64,000 bases of DNA from a bacterium. Lineage in GTDB: Bacteria > UBA8248. Made by a program: the position numbers and the translations under genes. Where the stretch lies: NCBI GenBank assembly GCA_965200245.1, contig CBDATS010000005.1:704001-768000 (forward strand). Direction: 5' to 3'. Below, piece after piece: positions 28,590-38,337 of this stretch (within the stretch, counting starts at the first letter, position 1; each line of letters begins with the position of its first letter). The notes beneath the pieces are model-generated. The model was not told the DNA's origin. It saw nothing but the letters and a program-made list of their open reading frames with translations, and searched no databases.

Positions 28590-29829
28590 GAGTTACTGTC
28601 AAATCCGGTGTACGGCCGTCCCGAGTCCGGCGGCCTCCCTGCCCGTTTCGTTTTCCTTCACCCCATCGGTGAACCTCACGTCGGCGATCACGTCTGCCAG
28701 GCAGTGGAAGCCGTTCAGCCTGCGCCACCGCTTCTGCGCACTCATGGCGAGCCGGTGCACGGGACCGGGCGCCGTCCTCCCGCTCAGGCAGTTCCCCGTC
28801 TTCGCCGTACACAGCCGGATGGTGGCGAAGGTCGACTCGCGGGGATTCGTCGTCCGCAGATGCCTCCGGTGGGCTGCGGGGAAGTCGTGGAAGGCGGGCA
28901 GTTCCCCGCGGTCCCCCGCCAGGCATTCCGCAACCCTGGGATACTTCGCCTCCCGGGTGGCGGGGAAGCGTTCGAACGCCCCGTGCGCGTTCCGCCGGGT
29001 GTCGGAGCGCCATATCCCGTGCAGCATCGACTTCGCCTCCTCCTGCACGCGTCCGGGCATCCTGTCGGGCACGTTCGCCGTCCTGTGCACCCGGCAGCGC
29101 TGTCCCCGGGTCTCGGGATACACCTCGGCCAGGGCCGACCGGAACCCCGGCCCCCCCGTCGCCCACCGCCGGCCCTGCCGCCTTCACACCCCGGTCCCTT
29201 GAACTCAGAAGAACAGCCTTCCAGCTCTCCCTCGACTCGCGGAACCCCGCCTCCAGGGCCAGGAAGTGCCTGCGACCACGCGTGTCGCAGCCCACTGCCA
29301 CCAGGAGACACCTTCTCTCCCCGCTGCGCACGTTCACGCAGATCCCGTCCCCTCCCCGGTCGCGCTCGCGCCACTGGGCGTACCCGCGTTCCCGGCCCTC
29401 CTTCAGCCGCGCAACCGTCGCCGGGGACAGGCCACGCGCCGACCCGAAGTCGTTCGTTGACACCCCCTTGCACCGGAACCAGGGAATCACCGCCTCCACA
29501 CGCCCCGTCTTCTTCAGGCAGGGGGGCAGCAGCTCCGGGCGGAAGCACCGGCCCGCGGCGACCCCGGGCGTCGCGCGCGGCCTCGTGCTCCTCCGGGAAG
29601 TCCCGCAGTTCCGCCTCCACCGCCTGGCGGATGATGCGCTGCGCGCCCGCGCGCAACAGTTCACTCAGTTCGTCCCGAAAGGCTGGATTCACGAAGGGAA
29701 CCGTCGTATCTTCCTGCATGGTGGTGCATCTCCTCCTTGCTGAATGACCGGGCTTCCAACAAACCCGGTTCAGCAGGAATGCGCCGCCTTCTTCAATTCA
29801 GCCCCATACACCAGATCCGACAGTAACTC
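28590..29829 (-). mobile_element. IS256-family insertion sequence with a degenerate transposase
   Basis: 26-bp TIRs (GAGTTACTGTCAAATCCGGTGTACGG vs revcomp GAGTTACTGTCGGATCTGGTGTATGG) and a 9-bp direct repeat GGTTTGGAC at 28581-28589 and 29830-29838. Tnp motifs 'QAVEAEL', 'KGVST', 'RES..SW', 'GDG' and 'HLRTTNP.ESTFAT' are spread over three frames. Confidence 0.95.
28599..29719 (-). pseudogene. IS256 (mutator-type) transposase pseudogene
   Basis: Starts MQEDTTVPF at 29719 after an AAGGAGGAG RBS. It has at least two frameshifts and short internal deletions. Confidence 0.9.
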
Positions 29830-30138
29830 GGTTTGGACTTTTGCATATAATTCTCAATCAATGGGATAGGATCGCAGGGTGATCACCATGCACGGTCAAA
29901 CTCTTTTACGATTATGCGCGACAAGCCCAGTAAACCTCCGGCAAGGTCTTCAAAACGCGGCCAAGGACGAGTAATGAACTAGTTCTTGGTTTATTCGTCG
30001 AAAGTTGAACCCGCGCGCTGGACATATTCATGCAACAAATTGCGGAAGAAGACAGCCTCGCCCTGCGGACACCTATCGAGCGAGCGATCAAGTAGAACCG
30101 ATTATATTCCAGCCGAAGACTCCGGCAAATAACCTGCC

Positions 30139-30648
30139 CTATTCCCCGTCCAACTCGATGTTGTCGTAATCGGGTATAGCACCCATGCCCTTTTTGGCGG
30201 CCATGGATTTGCGCTCGTACTCCATCACGAGTTCTCCGCGTTGGTTATAGGCGCGCGTCTTGATAGTGACGATGCCTCGATCGGGTCTGCTCTTCGATTC
30301 GCGCTTGTCGAGTATTTCAGACTCGGAATAGAGCGTATCGCCTGCAAAAACGGGAGCGGGCATCTTGATGTAGGTCCACTCCAAGTTCGCCACCGAACGG
30401 TAGGATGTGTCCGTAACCGTCATACCGGCCACGACGGCCAGCGTGAGCGCCGAATTGACGAGCGGCTTTCCGAACTGGGTCTTCGACGCATAGTGGGCGT
30501 CAAAATGAATCGGGTGGGTGTTGTTCGTCAGCAGGGTGAACCAGGTATTGTCCGATTCGAGTATGGTGCGACCCGGCCTGTGCTTGATCACCTCGCCCAC
30601 TACGAAATCCTCATACCAGCGTCCCATCTGAAAATCAGGCATTTTCAT
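30139..30648 (-). CDS. MaoC family dehydratase
   Basis: 'GRWYEDF', 'DNTWFTLLTNNTHPIHFD' and 'PVFAGDTL'. Confidence 0.92.
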   Translation of the reverse strand: MKMPDFQMGRWYEDFVVGEVIKHRPGRTILESDNTWFTLLTNNTHPIHFDAHYASKTQFGKPLVNSALTLAVVAGMTVTDTSYRSVANLEWTYIKMPAPVFAGDTLYSESEILDKRESKSRPDRGIVTIKTRAYNQRGELVMEYERKSMAAKKGMGAIPDYDNIELDGE

Positions 30649-30740
30649 TATCCTCGTGATACGCCTGTCCACCCTATTGGCATGAACCGGCGACAGATAC
30701 TCGCTTTCGGATGTAGATTCCTTCCCCTTTCATCTACCCA

Positions 30741-31892
30741 CTAGGCGGGAAATTGTTCCAGAAGCCTCTTGGCGATGATCAGGCGCTGAATCTCGTTCGA
30801 ACCCTCGCCCACCACCAGGAGCTTCGAATCCCTGAAATAGCGCTCCACGGGCAACTCCTGGATATAGCCCATGCCACCGTGCACCTGGATCGCCTCGCTC
30901 GCGCAAAACTCCGCTGTCTCGGACGCGAAGAACTTGGCCATTCCGGCTTCCAGGTCGCATCGCTCGCCCTGGGCCTTCAAGTTCGCCGCGTGATACGTCA
31001 TCAGCTTCGCGGCGTGGATGCGCGTTCCCATCTCGGCGAGTTTCGCCTGGATTAACTGATGCCCTGCCAGCGGCTTGCCGAAGGTCTCGCGCTGTTGGGC
31101 GTAGCGCATCGAATCCTCGAAGGCCGCGCGGGCGAGCCCCACGCTTCGTGCCGCCACGTTGACGCGCCCGCCCTCGAGGGCGCTCATAATCATCGGAAAT
31201 CCCTCGTTCTCTTGACCGAGCAGATTTTCAAGCGGCACGCGCGCGTCCTCGAATACGAGTTCACTTGTGCGGATGCCTCGGTAGCCCATTTTCTTGAGAT
31301 GTCGGCTCACCTGAAAACCGGGCGTTCCCTTGTGGACGAGGATACAGGAGATACCCTTCGCCTTGGGTTTTTCGGGGTCGGTGCGCGCGAACACGCTGAA
31401 CATCGTGCCGTGCTCGGCGTTCGAGATGAACATTTTGGAGCCATTCATCACCCACTGATCGTCTTCGCGCACCGCACGCGTCTTGAGTGCAGCTGCGTCG
31501 GAACCAGAACCCGGCTCGGTGAGCGCCATGCCCGAGTGCCACTCGCCGGTGGCCATCTTGGGGAGATAGGTCTTTTTCTGCTCCTCTGTTCCGTAGTTGA
31601 GTAGCATCCAGGCGGTCATCATATGCGTACCCAAAATGCCTGCCACGCTCATCCAGCCGACTGAGAGTTCTTCCATGGCGATGGCGTAGCAGACCTCATC
31701 TATGCCGCTCCCGCCGTATTCCTCAGGTATCGTGAAGCCAAAATACCCGAGTTCCTGCATCTTCTCCACAACGGGCGTAGGGTATTTGTCTGCGAGTTCG
31801 TACTCCATGGCGATGGGCATAACCTCGCGATCCACGAATTCCTTCATCATCCTCTGAACGCTCGTCTGTAGTTCGGTGAACTCGAAATGCAA
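30741..31892 (-). CDS. Acyl-CoA dehydrogenase
   Basis: 'IPEEYGG', 'ALTEPGSGSD', 'NGSKMFISN', 'IQVHGGMGY' and 'GEGSNEIQR'. Confidence 0.95.
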   Translation of the reverse strand: MHFEFTELQTSVQRMMKEFVDREVMPIAMEYELADKYPTPVVEKMQELGYFGFTIPEEYGGSGIDEVCYAIAMEELSVGWMSVAGILGTHMMTAWMLLNYGTEEQKKTYLPKMATGEWHSGMALTEPGSGSDAAALKTRAVREDDQWVMNGSKMFISNAEHGTMFSVFARTDPEKPKAKGISCILVHKGTPGFQVSRHLKKMGYRGIRTSELVFEDARVPLENLLGQENEGFPMIMSALEGGRVNVAARSVGLARAAFEDSMRYAQQRETFGKPLAGHQLIQAKLAEMGTRIHAAKLMTYHAANLKAQGERCDLEAGMAKFFASETAEFCASEAIQVHGGMGYIQELPVERYFRDSKLLVVGEGSNEIQRLIIAKRLLEQFPA

Positions 31893-31937
31893 TGTACGCT
31901 CCTTCCTGAAATCGAGCGAGTAAAGTTTATCGAGACA

Positions 31938-33116
31938 TCAAATCACCCCGTCGCGGCGCAAATCCGCCACATCGTCCGGAGAATAGCCGAGAGCTTCCAG
32001 CACCTCTTCGGTGTGTGCGCTCAGTTCCGGCGGATGTTCGAGCCTGGGCGTCATACCGCTGAACTTGACCGGGAAACGGCACATCTTCAAATTTCCGCGT
32101 TCGCCCGCCACCTCAGGGAAAATCTCGCGGTGCGTCGTCTGTGGATGATCGCACACCTCGCCCAGATCGTTCACCGCTCCGCAGGGGACACCCGCTTCCA
32201 AAAAAACACGCCGCCACTCTTCGCACTCCTTTGTAGCGAGGATCGGCAGCACTTGAGCGAGCAAGGCGTCCTTGTTCGCATACCTGTCCGCGTTGGTGGC
32301 GAAGCGCGGATCCTCTATCCACTCGGGATGACCGAGGACCTCGGCAAGCAGTCGCCAAGTGCTCTCGTTTCCGCACGCAACGCCGATGAGCTTTCCCCCC
32401 TTGGCGGGGTAGGCCCCGTAGGGTGCGAGGAAGTGATGTTCCACGCCAATGCGGCTTGGCTTCTTGCCATGCAGAAAATAGAGAAAATGAAAATAACCCT
32501 GCATGCTCACCATGCAGTCGAACATCGAGATATCCAACTCTTGGCCCTCGCGCGTTTTGTCACGCTGCCTTAGAGCCATCATCGCTCCTAGGGCGACAAA
32601 AAGCCCCGTCACTCCATCACAGATGGAGTGCGCCATCTTTGCGGGGGAACCAGGAGGGCCCGTCATCTCCATGATACCCGCTTCGGCCTGGATGAGACCG
32701 TCGAACGCTTTCATATCGCGGTAGGGGCCGTTTTGTCCGTAGCCTGAGGTATGGATGTAGATGATATCGGGCTTTATCTTCTTCACGTCCTCATAGGCGA
32801 AGCCGAGCCTGTCGATTGCTCCCGGACTGAAGTTTTCGAGAAAAATATCCGCGCTCTCGAGCATTCCCCGGAGAATCTCCTTGCCCCGCTCGTCTTTCAA
32901 GTTGAGCGTCACGCTCTTCTTGTTGGGGTTCACCCAGTAGTGCACCGCCCCCTCGTCGAATACTTCATTATCCCAGAGACGCACCATGTCACCCCTGCCG
33001 GGAACCTCAACCTTCAGGACCTCCGCGCCGAAATCGGCCAGATGGCGCAAGCCTATTGGCCCACTGATGGATACTCCCAGCGAAACAATTCGAACGCCAT
33101 CAAGCGGAAGCGCCAC
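31938..33116 (-). CDS. CaiB/BaiF family III CoA-transferase
   Basis: 'PLDGVRI', 'LADFGAEVLKVE', 'NPNKKS', 'ENFSPG' and 'GYGQNGPY'. Confidence 0.93.
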   Translation of the reverse strand: MALPLDGVRIVSLGVSISGPIGLRHLADFGAEVLKVEVPGRGDMVRLWDNEVFDEGAVHYWVNPNKKSVTLNLKDERGKEILRGMLESADIFLENFSPGAIDRLGFAYEDVKKIKPDIIYIHTSGYGQNGPYRDMKAFDGLIQAEAGIMEMTGPPGSPAKMAHSICDGVTGLFVALGAMMALRQRDKTREGQELDISMFDCMVSMQGYFHFLYFLHGKKPSRIGVEHHFLAPYGAYPAKGGKLIGVACGNESTWRLLAEVLGHPEWIEDPRFATNADRYANKDALLAQVLPILATKECEEWRRVFLEAGVPCGAVNDLGEVCDHPQTTHREIFPEVAGERGNLKMCRFPVKFSGMTPRLEHPPELSAHTEEVLEALGYSPDDVADLRRDGVI

Positions 33117-33585
33117 TTCATAACTCCCCGAAAAGCGTGTCCCTCCACGAGGCGGCGAATACGGCGGAGGCCAGCCTGGAGTCCTCGCGTCTCAAGCGGT
33201 TTCTCGACGAATGGGCCCATGCGAAACCACGAAAGGAGACTTGACAATACACCATCGATTTCAGGAATGACAAGGTAACGGATCAATCGCGATTGCAGAG
33301 TAAGCGATTGCCAAATGCGTCCGTTCAGCCACGCCAAAGAAGGAATGACTGCCCAAAGGCGCACAAAAGCGGGCGTACACCCAGGTTCGCCCCTACCACA
33401 ATGGATTGCAGGGAAGAATCCGTGTGTTTCCCCGAAGTCACGCTTTGCCGATGACGACTTGGCTAGTCATGCCGGAACGCGTTTATCCGAACTGTTATGG
33501 TTGCAGCGCGCTGGAACTACTCTACCCAACCTCGATCTCAGCAAAAGCCGGAATGACGATGAGAAACAACAGCAAGGCAAGAAAA

Positions 33586-33927
33586 TCATTCCCCCGCCTC
33601 GTCGAGATAATGCTGAAAGTCCCCCGATATCTTCGAGATGAAGGTTGCGACGTGAGCGAGCGCGATGAACTCCATGTCCTCGGGATCATCTGCGACTTCG
33701 TCTCTCAAGCCCGCAAGGGCATCAATATATTCTTCTGCTTCAGAACCTGTGGCTACGTCTTTTTTCTCGCTCGGTTCCCTGTCCTTTTCCACAAAGTCCG
33801 CGAACGCGCCCACCTCGTAGGAGACAAAGCAAAACGCATGATAAAGTGCCTTTTCCTCGACGTTTCCCTCACCCTGCGCGTCTTTTCTGAGTTCGTTCAG
33901 CTTTGCCAAAACAGGTTCGTGCTTCAA
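33586..33927 (-). CDS. Hypothetical acidic helical protein with an internal two-fold repeat
   Basis: GAGGAG RBS before TTG. The two halves share L..LR...E..AL.H...F.S...G.F. Confidence 0.65.
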   Translation of the reverse strand: MKHEPVLAKLNELRKDAQGEGNVEEKALYHAFCFVSYEVGAFADFVEKDREPSEKKDVATGSEAEEYIDALAGLRDEVADDPEDMEFIALAHVATFISKISGDFQHYLDEAGE

Positions 33928-34081
33928 TGGCGTCTCCTCGTCCCGTTCACCCGGATCATTTCTGCGGCGTTGATATGTGAATCAGGCAAAATTTTCTGCA
34001 GGCACATTCAAACAGCCTAATGATGTAAAATATGTGCAAGTTCCCCGCACGTATTTCATAAACCCACCCTTCAAGGTCATA

Positions 34082-34981
34082 TTACAATGCACGTGCCTCC
34101 ACGCCCGCCATGCGCTCAAGCACCTTGACGAGGGCGATGTGGTCGAGTTCCCCCTCTCCGTTCGCCGCCAAGGAGTTAAACATCTGCGATACGAGTGACG
34201 CGCCAGGAAGCGCAACCCCGCGCTCGCGGGCTTGTTCAAGCGCGTAGCGCAAATCTTTGATGTGGCTCGTGATCTTCCCGCCGGGAGAGAAATCGCCCGA
34301 CAGAACCTTGGGTGCCTTTACCTCCAGCCCTCCACAGCGCGCGAGACCCGCACCCATCACGTCCACGAGAGCCGCCGGATCGAGTCCTGCCTTGGCCCCG
34401 AACACGAGCGCCTCGCCCACGCCGAGAAACGTAACAGCTACAAGAATCTGGTTTGCGAGCTTGGCGATACAGCCAGAACCCGCAGGCTCGCCGACGTGAA
34501 CCACCTTCGCTCCCAGCACGTCGAGCAGGGGTTTGCAGCGTTCGAATACGTCCTTGGGGCCTCCAGCCATGATGGCTAGCGTCCCCGCGGCCGCCCCCTC
34601 GGGTGCTCCTGACACTGGCGCGTCGAGCATGCTAACACCCTTGCCGGAAAGAGCTGCTGCGACCTCGGCGGAGAAGGCCGGGTCGTTGCTCGTGCAGTCC
34701 ACCAAGACGCTGCCGGGCTTCATGGCGTCAAAGAGTCCATTCTCCGCGTAGACAACGTCTTTTAAGTTCGGCGCGTCGGGCAGCATGGTGAAGACGAACT
34801 CCGAATGGGCTGCCACTGCGGCGGGGGAATCGCACGCCCTTGCGCCCTCTGACGCAATTTCATCCACCGGCGGACGGCTTCTGCTCGATATCGCGAGCGG
34901 ATAGCCCGCCGCCAGAAAGCGCCGCGCCATCGGTATTCCCATCAGACCCAGACCCACGAAACCAACCGCCGTCTTGGACAT
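34082..34981 (-). CDS. 3-hydroxyisobutyrate dehydrogenase / tartronate semialdehyde reductase family
   Basis: 'GFVGLGLMG', 'LDAPVSG', 'AKLANQ' and 'IKDL'. Confidence 0.92.
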   Translation of the reverse strand: MSKTAVGFVGLGLMGIPMARRFLAAGYPLAISSRSRPPVDEIASEGARACDSPAAVAAHSEFVFTMLPDAPNLKDVVYAENGLFDAMKPGSVLVDCTSNDPAFSAEVAAALSGKGVSMLDAPVSGAPEGAAAGTLAIMAGGPKDVFERCKPLLDVLGAKVVHVGEPAGSGCIAKLANQILVAVTFLGVGEALVFGAKAGLDPAALVDVMGAGLARCGGLEVKAPKVLSGDFSPGGKITSHIKDLRYALEQARERGVALPGASLVSQMFNSLAANGEGELDHIALVKVLERMAGVEARAL

Positions 34982-35233
34982 CTCTTCTTCTCCCAAAGGT
35001 GCGCGTTCTTTGTCGGAGTTGATGATAGGACACCGGGTCGAGTGAGACAAACGGAATCAACCCCGACTGATAAAGGAGGGATTGCTGGAATCATGTAGAG
35101 GCTTTTCGCGAACGGCCCCTACGGGTCAAACCGCACGACCAAGAATCATCGCCAAATTGATAATGCTTGCGAACATGTGCTACTTTGGTTCGGATATGCT
35201 AGGAGCCTAAGCATCCAAAAAGGACACAAGACC

Positions 35234-35716
35234 ATGACAAGAACCATCACCCTGAAAATCGCGATTCTTGTATCCGTGCTGTTGTTTACCGCACCCGCCC
35301 TCGCAGACAAGCACGCACAAAAGCGTGGCACCCCAAAGCAGGCACAGGGGATGGTGGAGAGGGCCATCACTTTCTTCAACAAGGAGGGCGCGAAAGCGGC
35401 CTTTGATCGCTTCACCAACCGGCCCGCCCCAGAATTCAGGCACTTGGACCTCTACATTTTTGTGATTCGCTCGGACGAGAAAGGAGCTATCGTTGCGCAC
35501 GCCGCGGATCGTACTCTCGTTGGCAAGAATTCCACGACGCTCATCGACGCCAACGGGCTCAACATTGGCCGCGCCATTCTGAATGGTGCGAAACCAAAGG
35601 GCGCATGGGTGGATTACGGATGGAAAGACCCCCTAACGGGTAAAATAGTTCCCAAGTCCTCATGGGTCGTCCGCCAGAAAGGTTATATCTTCGGCTGCGG
35701 CGTCCACAAGCTGTGA
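35234..35716 (+). CDS. Stand-alone periplasmic single-Cache domain protein
   Basis: Signal peptide (ALA), 'AQGMVERA', 'DLYIFV', 'WVDYGWKDP..GKIVPKSSWV' and 'GCGV'. Confidence 0.85.
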   Translation: MTRTITLKIAILVSVLLFTAPALADKHAQKRGTPKQAQGMVERAITFFNKEGAKAAFDRFTNRPAPEFRHLDLYIFVIRSDEKGAIVAHAADRTLVGKNSTTLIDANGLNIGRAILNGAKPKGAWVDYGWKDPLTGKIVPKSSWVVRQKGYIFGCGVHKL

Positions 35717-35918
35717 GCAAACCTGAACAATGGGCGGTTGTCTGCACAACCTATACAGCTATAATTCCCTGAATTAAGCAGGTATTGCTCGCAAACGGCC
35801 CCTTTTTGAAACCAGTTCGACCAGCGGGAGAGTCGGCCTCCAGTTCCAGGCAAAGAGATTTCGTCCCTTCCCGCGTGGGGCCCGTCTCCAAACCCTTCTT
35901 CAAACGCCTTGCGTCGTA

Positions 35919-37301
35919 TCAGAACTGCCTCACGAAGCGAAGTTCGGCGCGGGTGCGCTTGTAATCGTAGAGTTGCGCATTAGACTCGCGTTCCTCGTTC
36001 ACCACGATGAGTTGGGGGCTGAACCCGAAGGTCGTAAAGCCACGGTTGAAGATCGAGGCACTCAATATACGTACATCGTCCGAGCGGGAAGAATTGTCGG
36101 GGACATAGGGGAACCATCCCCCCGAGTAGTCCGTTATGCGAAGTTCCGCGTTCGCCCCCACGGTGAAGCCGTAGGGCAAAGCGATCGAAGCGCCCAGCCG
36201 TCCCCACCGGCTGCGATTGCGCCATGTGCGCGATTCGGGACTTTCAGCCGCGTAGCCAAGTCCACCTCGAAGCTGGAGCGTCGGCGTGAGTACCCATGAA
36301 CCCACCAGTGCGAAATCCAGTTGCGGGCCGTCCAAATACTTGTCCCGTTCGTGGTCACGTTCGTGCCAGGCAGCCCTACCGCTCAGACGGATACGGGGCG
36401 TCAGGAGATGTTCGAGTTCAAAACGCCCCCCGAACTCGTGGCTGTGGATGAGTCCACCGCTTCGGCGCTGGCGCGCGCTGGCGAGCAGGCTCATCTCCGT
36501 CTTGGGGGTCAGCCACCATCGCGGCCCTGCGTGGAGCGAGACCGTCATCTGATCGAAGCGGCTCTCCTCGTATTCCCGGCGTGATAAATCCGTGCCCAGA
36601 CGAAGACGCACGCGCTGGCTTATGGGATGCTGGTATTCTACCCCTCCCCAGAAGACGAAACCGATACCCGAGCTTTCGCCCTCGAAATTATTACGCCGGA
36701 AAGGCAGATCGTAAATGTAGATGAGTTCCGAATCCGATACTCCGCCGATGTTCGTATCCGGTGCCAGGGAAAAACCGAAATACGCGCTCCAGCGTCTGCG
36801 TGCGCGCATGATGCGCAGGAAACGACTGATGTTGGCAACCATCGCCTTGGGCGGCTTGCCGGCAAGTACGCGCTCGAAGTGTCCGCGCGAGAGGTCGTCT
36901 TCTTGTTTGTAGAAGAACGCCCGCGCGAGTTCGAGCCGTACGCGCACGAGACCAGGCTGCTCAATGAGGATGGCCCGGAGCACGGCGATGGCCTCGTCAA
37001 GAAGGGCGAGTTTCTCCTTTTCCTTATCCGCAGGCAGGCGCCTTGATGATTCGATGGCCGAAAGGCCTGTGAGGAAGAGTACATCCGTCCTGTCTGCACG
37101 GCCCTTCGATTCCCTCGCAATTGGTTGCAGAATCTTGAACGCCTCGTAGTAGCGGTGTTGTTTGAGCAGACTGCGCGCTTCCTGGACTTTCGGGTCCTTG
37201 GAAAGGTGAGACCGCGAAGGCGCTGCATCGGCATCCACAGCGCAAAGATACGCAAACACCATGAATATGGCGCAGGTGACGAGTAATATGGATTTCCTCA
37301 T
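35919..37301 (-). CDS. Surface lipoprotein assembly modifier (Slam, DUF560)
   Basis: Signal peptide, TPR 'PGLVRVRLELARAFF', 'APDTNI', beta-barrel strands, 'RESNAQLYDY' and a terminal 'RQF'. Confidence 0.85.
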   Translation of the reverse strand: MRKSILLVTCAIFMVFAYLCAVDADAAPSRSHLSKDPKVQEARSLLKQHRYYEAFKILQPIARESKGRADRTDVLFLTGLSAIESSRRLPADKEKEKLALLDEAIAVLRAILIEQPGLVRVRLELARAFFYKQEDDLSRGHFERVLAGKPPKAMVANISRFLRIMRARRRWSAYFGFSLAPDTNIGGVSDSELIYIYDLPFRRNNFEGESSGIGFVFWGGVEYQHPISQRVRLRLGTDLSRREYEESRFDQMTVSLHAGPRWWLTPKTEMSLLASARQRRSGGLIHSHEFGGRFELEHLLTPRIRLSGRAAWHERDHERDKYLDGPQLDFALVGSWVLTPTLQLRGGLGYAAESPESRTWRNRSRWGRLGASIALPYGFTVGANAELRITDYSGGWFPYVPDNSSRSDDVRILSASIFNRGFTTFGFSPQLIVVNEERESNAQLYDYKRTRAELRFVRQF

Positions 37302-38337
37302 GGCGTGCGTGAGGTGTGTAGAGAGCGCTCCCGGGAGCCTCTCCGCCTCATTCTCCTTTCCTTAGGCTGGCTCTTGAACGGGGTATTACCGAAGCAGAAT
37401 CGGACATAATATAGCCTACATTTCAGGCGAAGGGAAGGTAGCCTGCAAGCCGCTTTCCGCATCGCTTGCGTATTGTTCTATCCCCCTCCGGAGGGTCTTG
37501 ACGGGTTGACTAATTTCCCGTGCGCCGAAAGTGCTTGTCGCATGGCCGTTGCCGAAGTAAGCGCTGAGCCGCTTACGCCCCTGTAGGTAGCTGGGGGGCG
37601 AAAGCCGGAACGGCCGCACAAACCTCATACTCCGGTGTGTCCGAGTTGTCTACCACCACTGTCGTTCCGGCGCTGAATATGAGCGTCCCGGGCTCTTTCG
37701 GCAACGACTGTGGCAATGGTGGGATATGTCACACTGGCCACATTAGCCGAGTTGGTTGGATTGAGTTGGAGAACCTTATTCGTGACGGCAGGATCCTCGT
37801 TGGTCGTGTCCGTGCTGCCGTCAAACGTCACCACTTTCGCGAAATCCGTGGACGTGGGAGCATGGATACCGATGTAAAACTCTAGTTATATACGGCATTC
37901 AAGCCCTTCTCATCTCACCCTAGATTGAAAAGTCTGCTGCCTCTCCCTCCGCGCGTCCTGCAGCATGTGCCATCTTCGCATTACACGGATGTGACTCGCC
38001 GCCCAAGGATACGACCCGTACTGCTACATTTCGAATGACGTGAAAACCGTCAGTAACATTGTCGTAACAAGTTCAAACCATTTGCTCAAATATATCCGAA
38101 GCGGGGCAATCCTGCCCAAAAAGGGAGAGATTGTGTTTTTGGCTCGACTTGCGACCCTGTGTATTCGGCAAGGTTCCGGAAATCCTGAGCGCCCCTTTGT
38201 CTCTCCTCTCACACACTTCAGTTCGGCTACACGCCTTTCATTCATAATCACCTCGCTCTATGATGATATGGTGCATTCATGTACGACATGGACATGGAAT
38301 AATTCGATGCCCTCTAGCGGCACAAACGAGGATTGCG

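Noticed and set aside
28513-29747. Long ORFs of 383, 387 and 311 aa within the IS as real genes
   Set aside because: They result from extreme GC content depleting stop codons; only parts of them match transposase.
29815-29855. Hybrid promoter formed by the IS end and the downstream TATAAT
   Set aside because: No -35-like hexamer at a 16-18 nt spacing, and no clear downstream gene.
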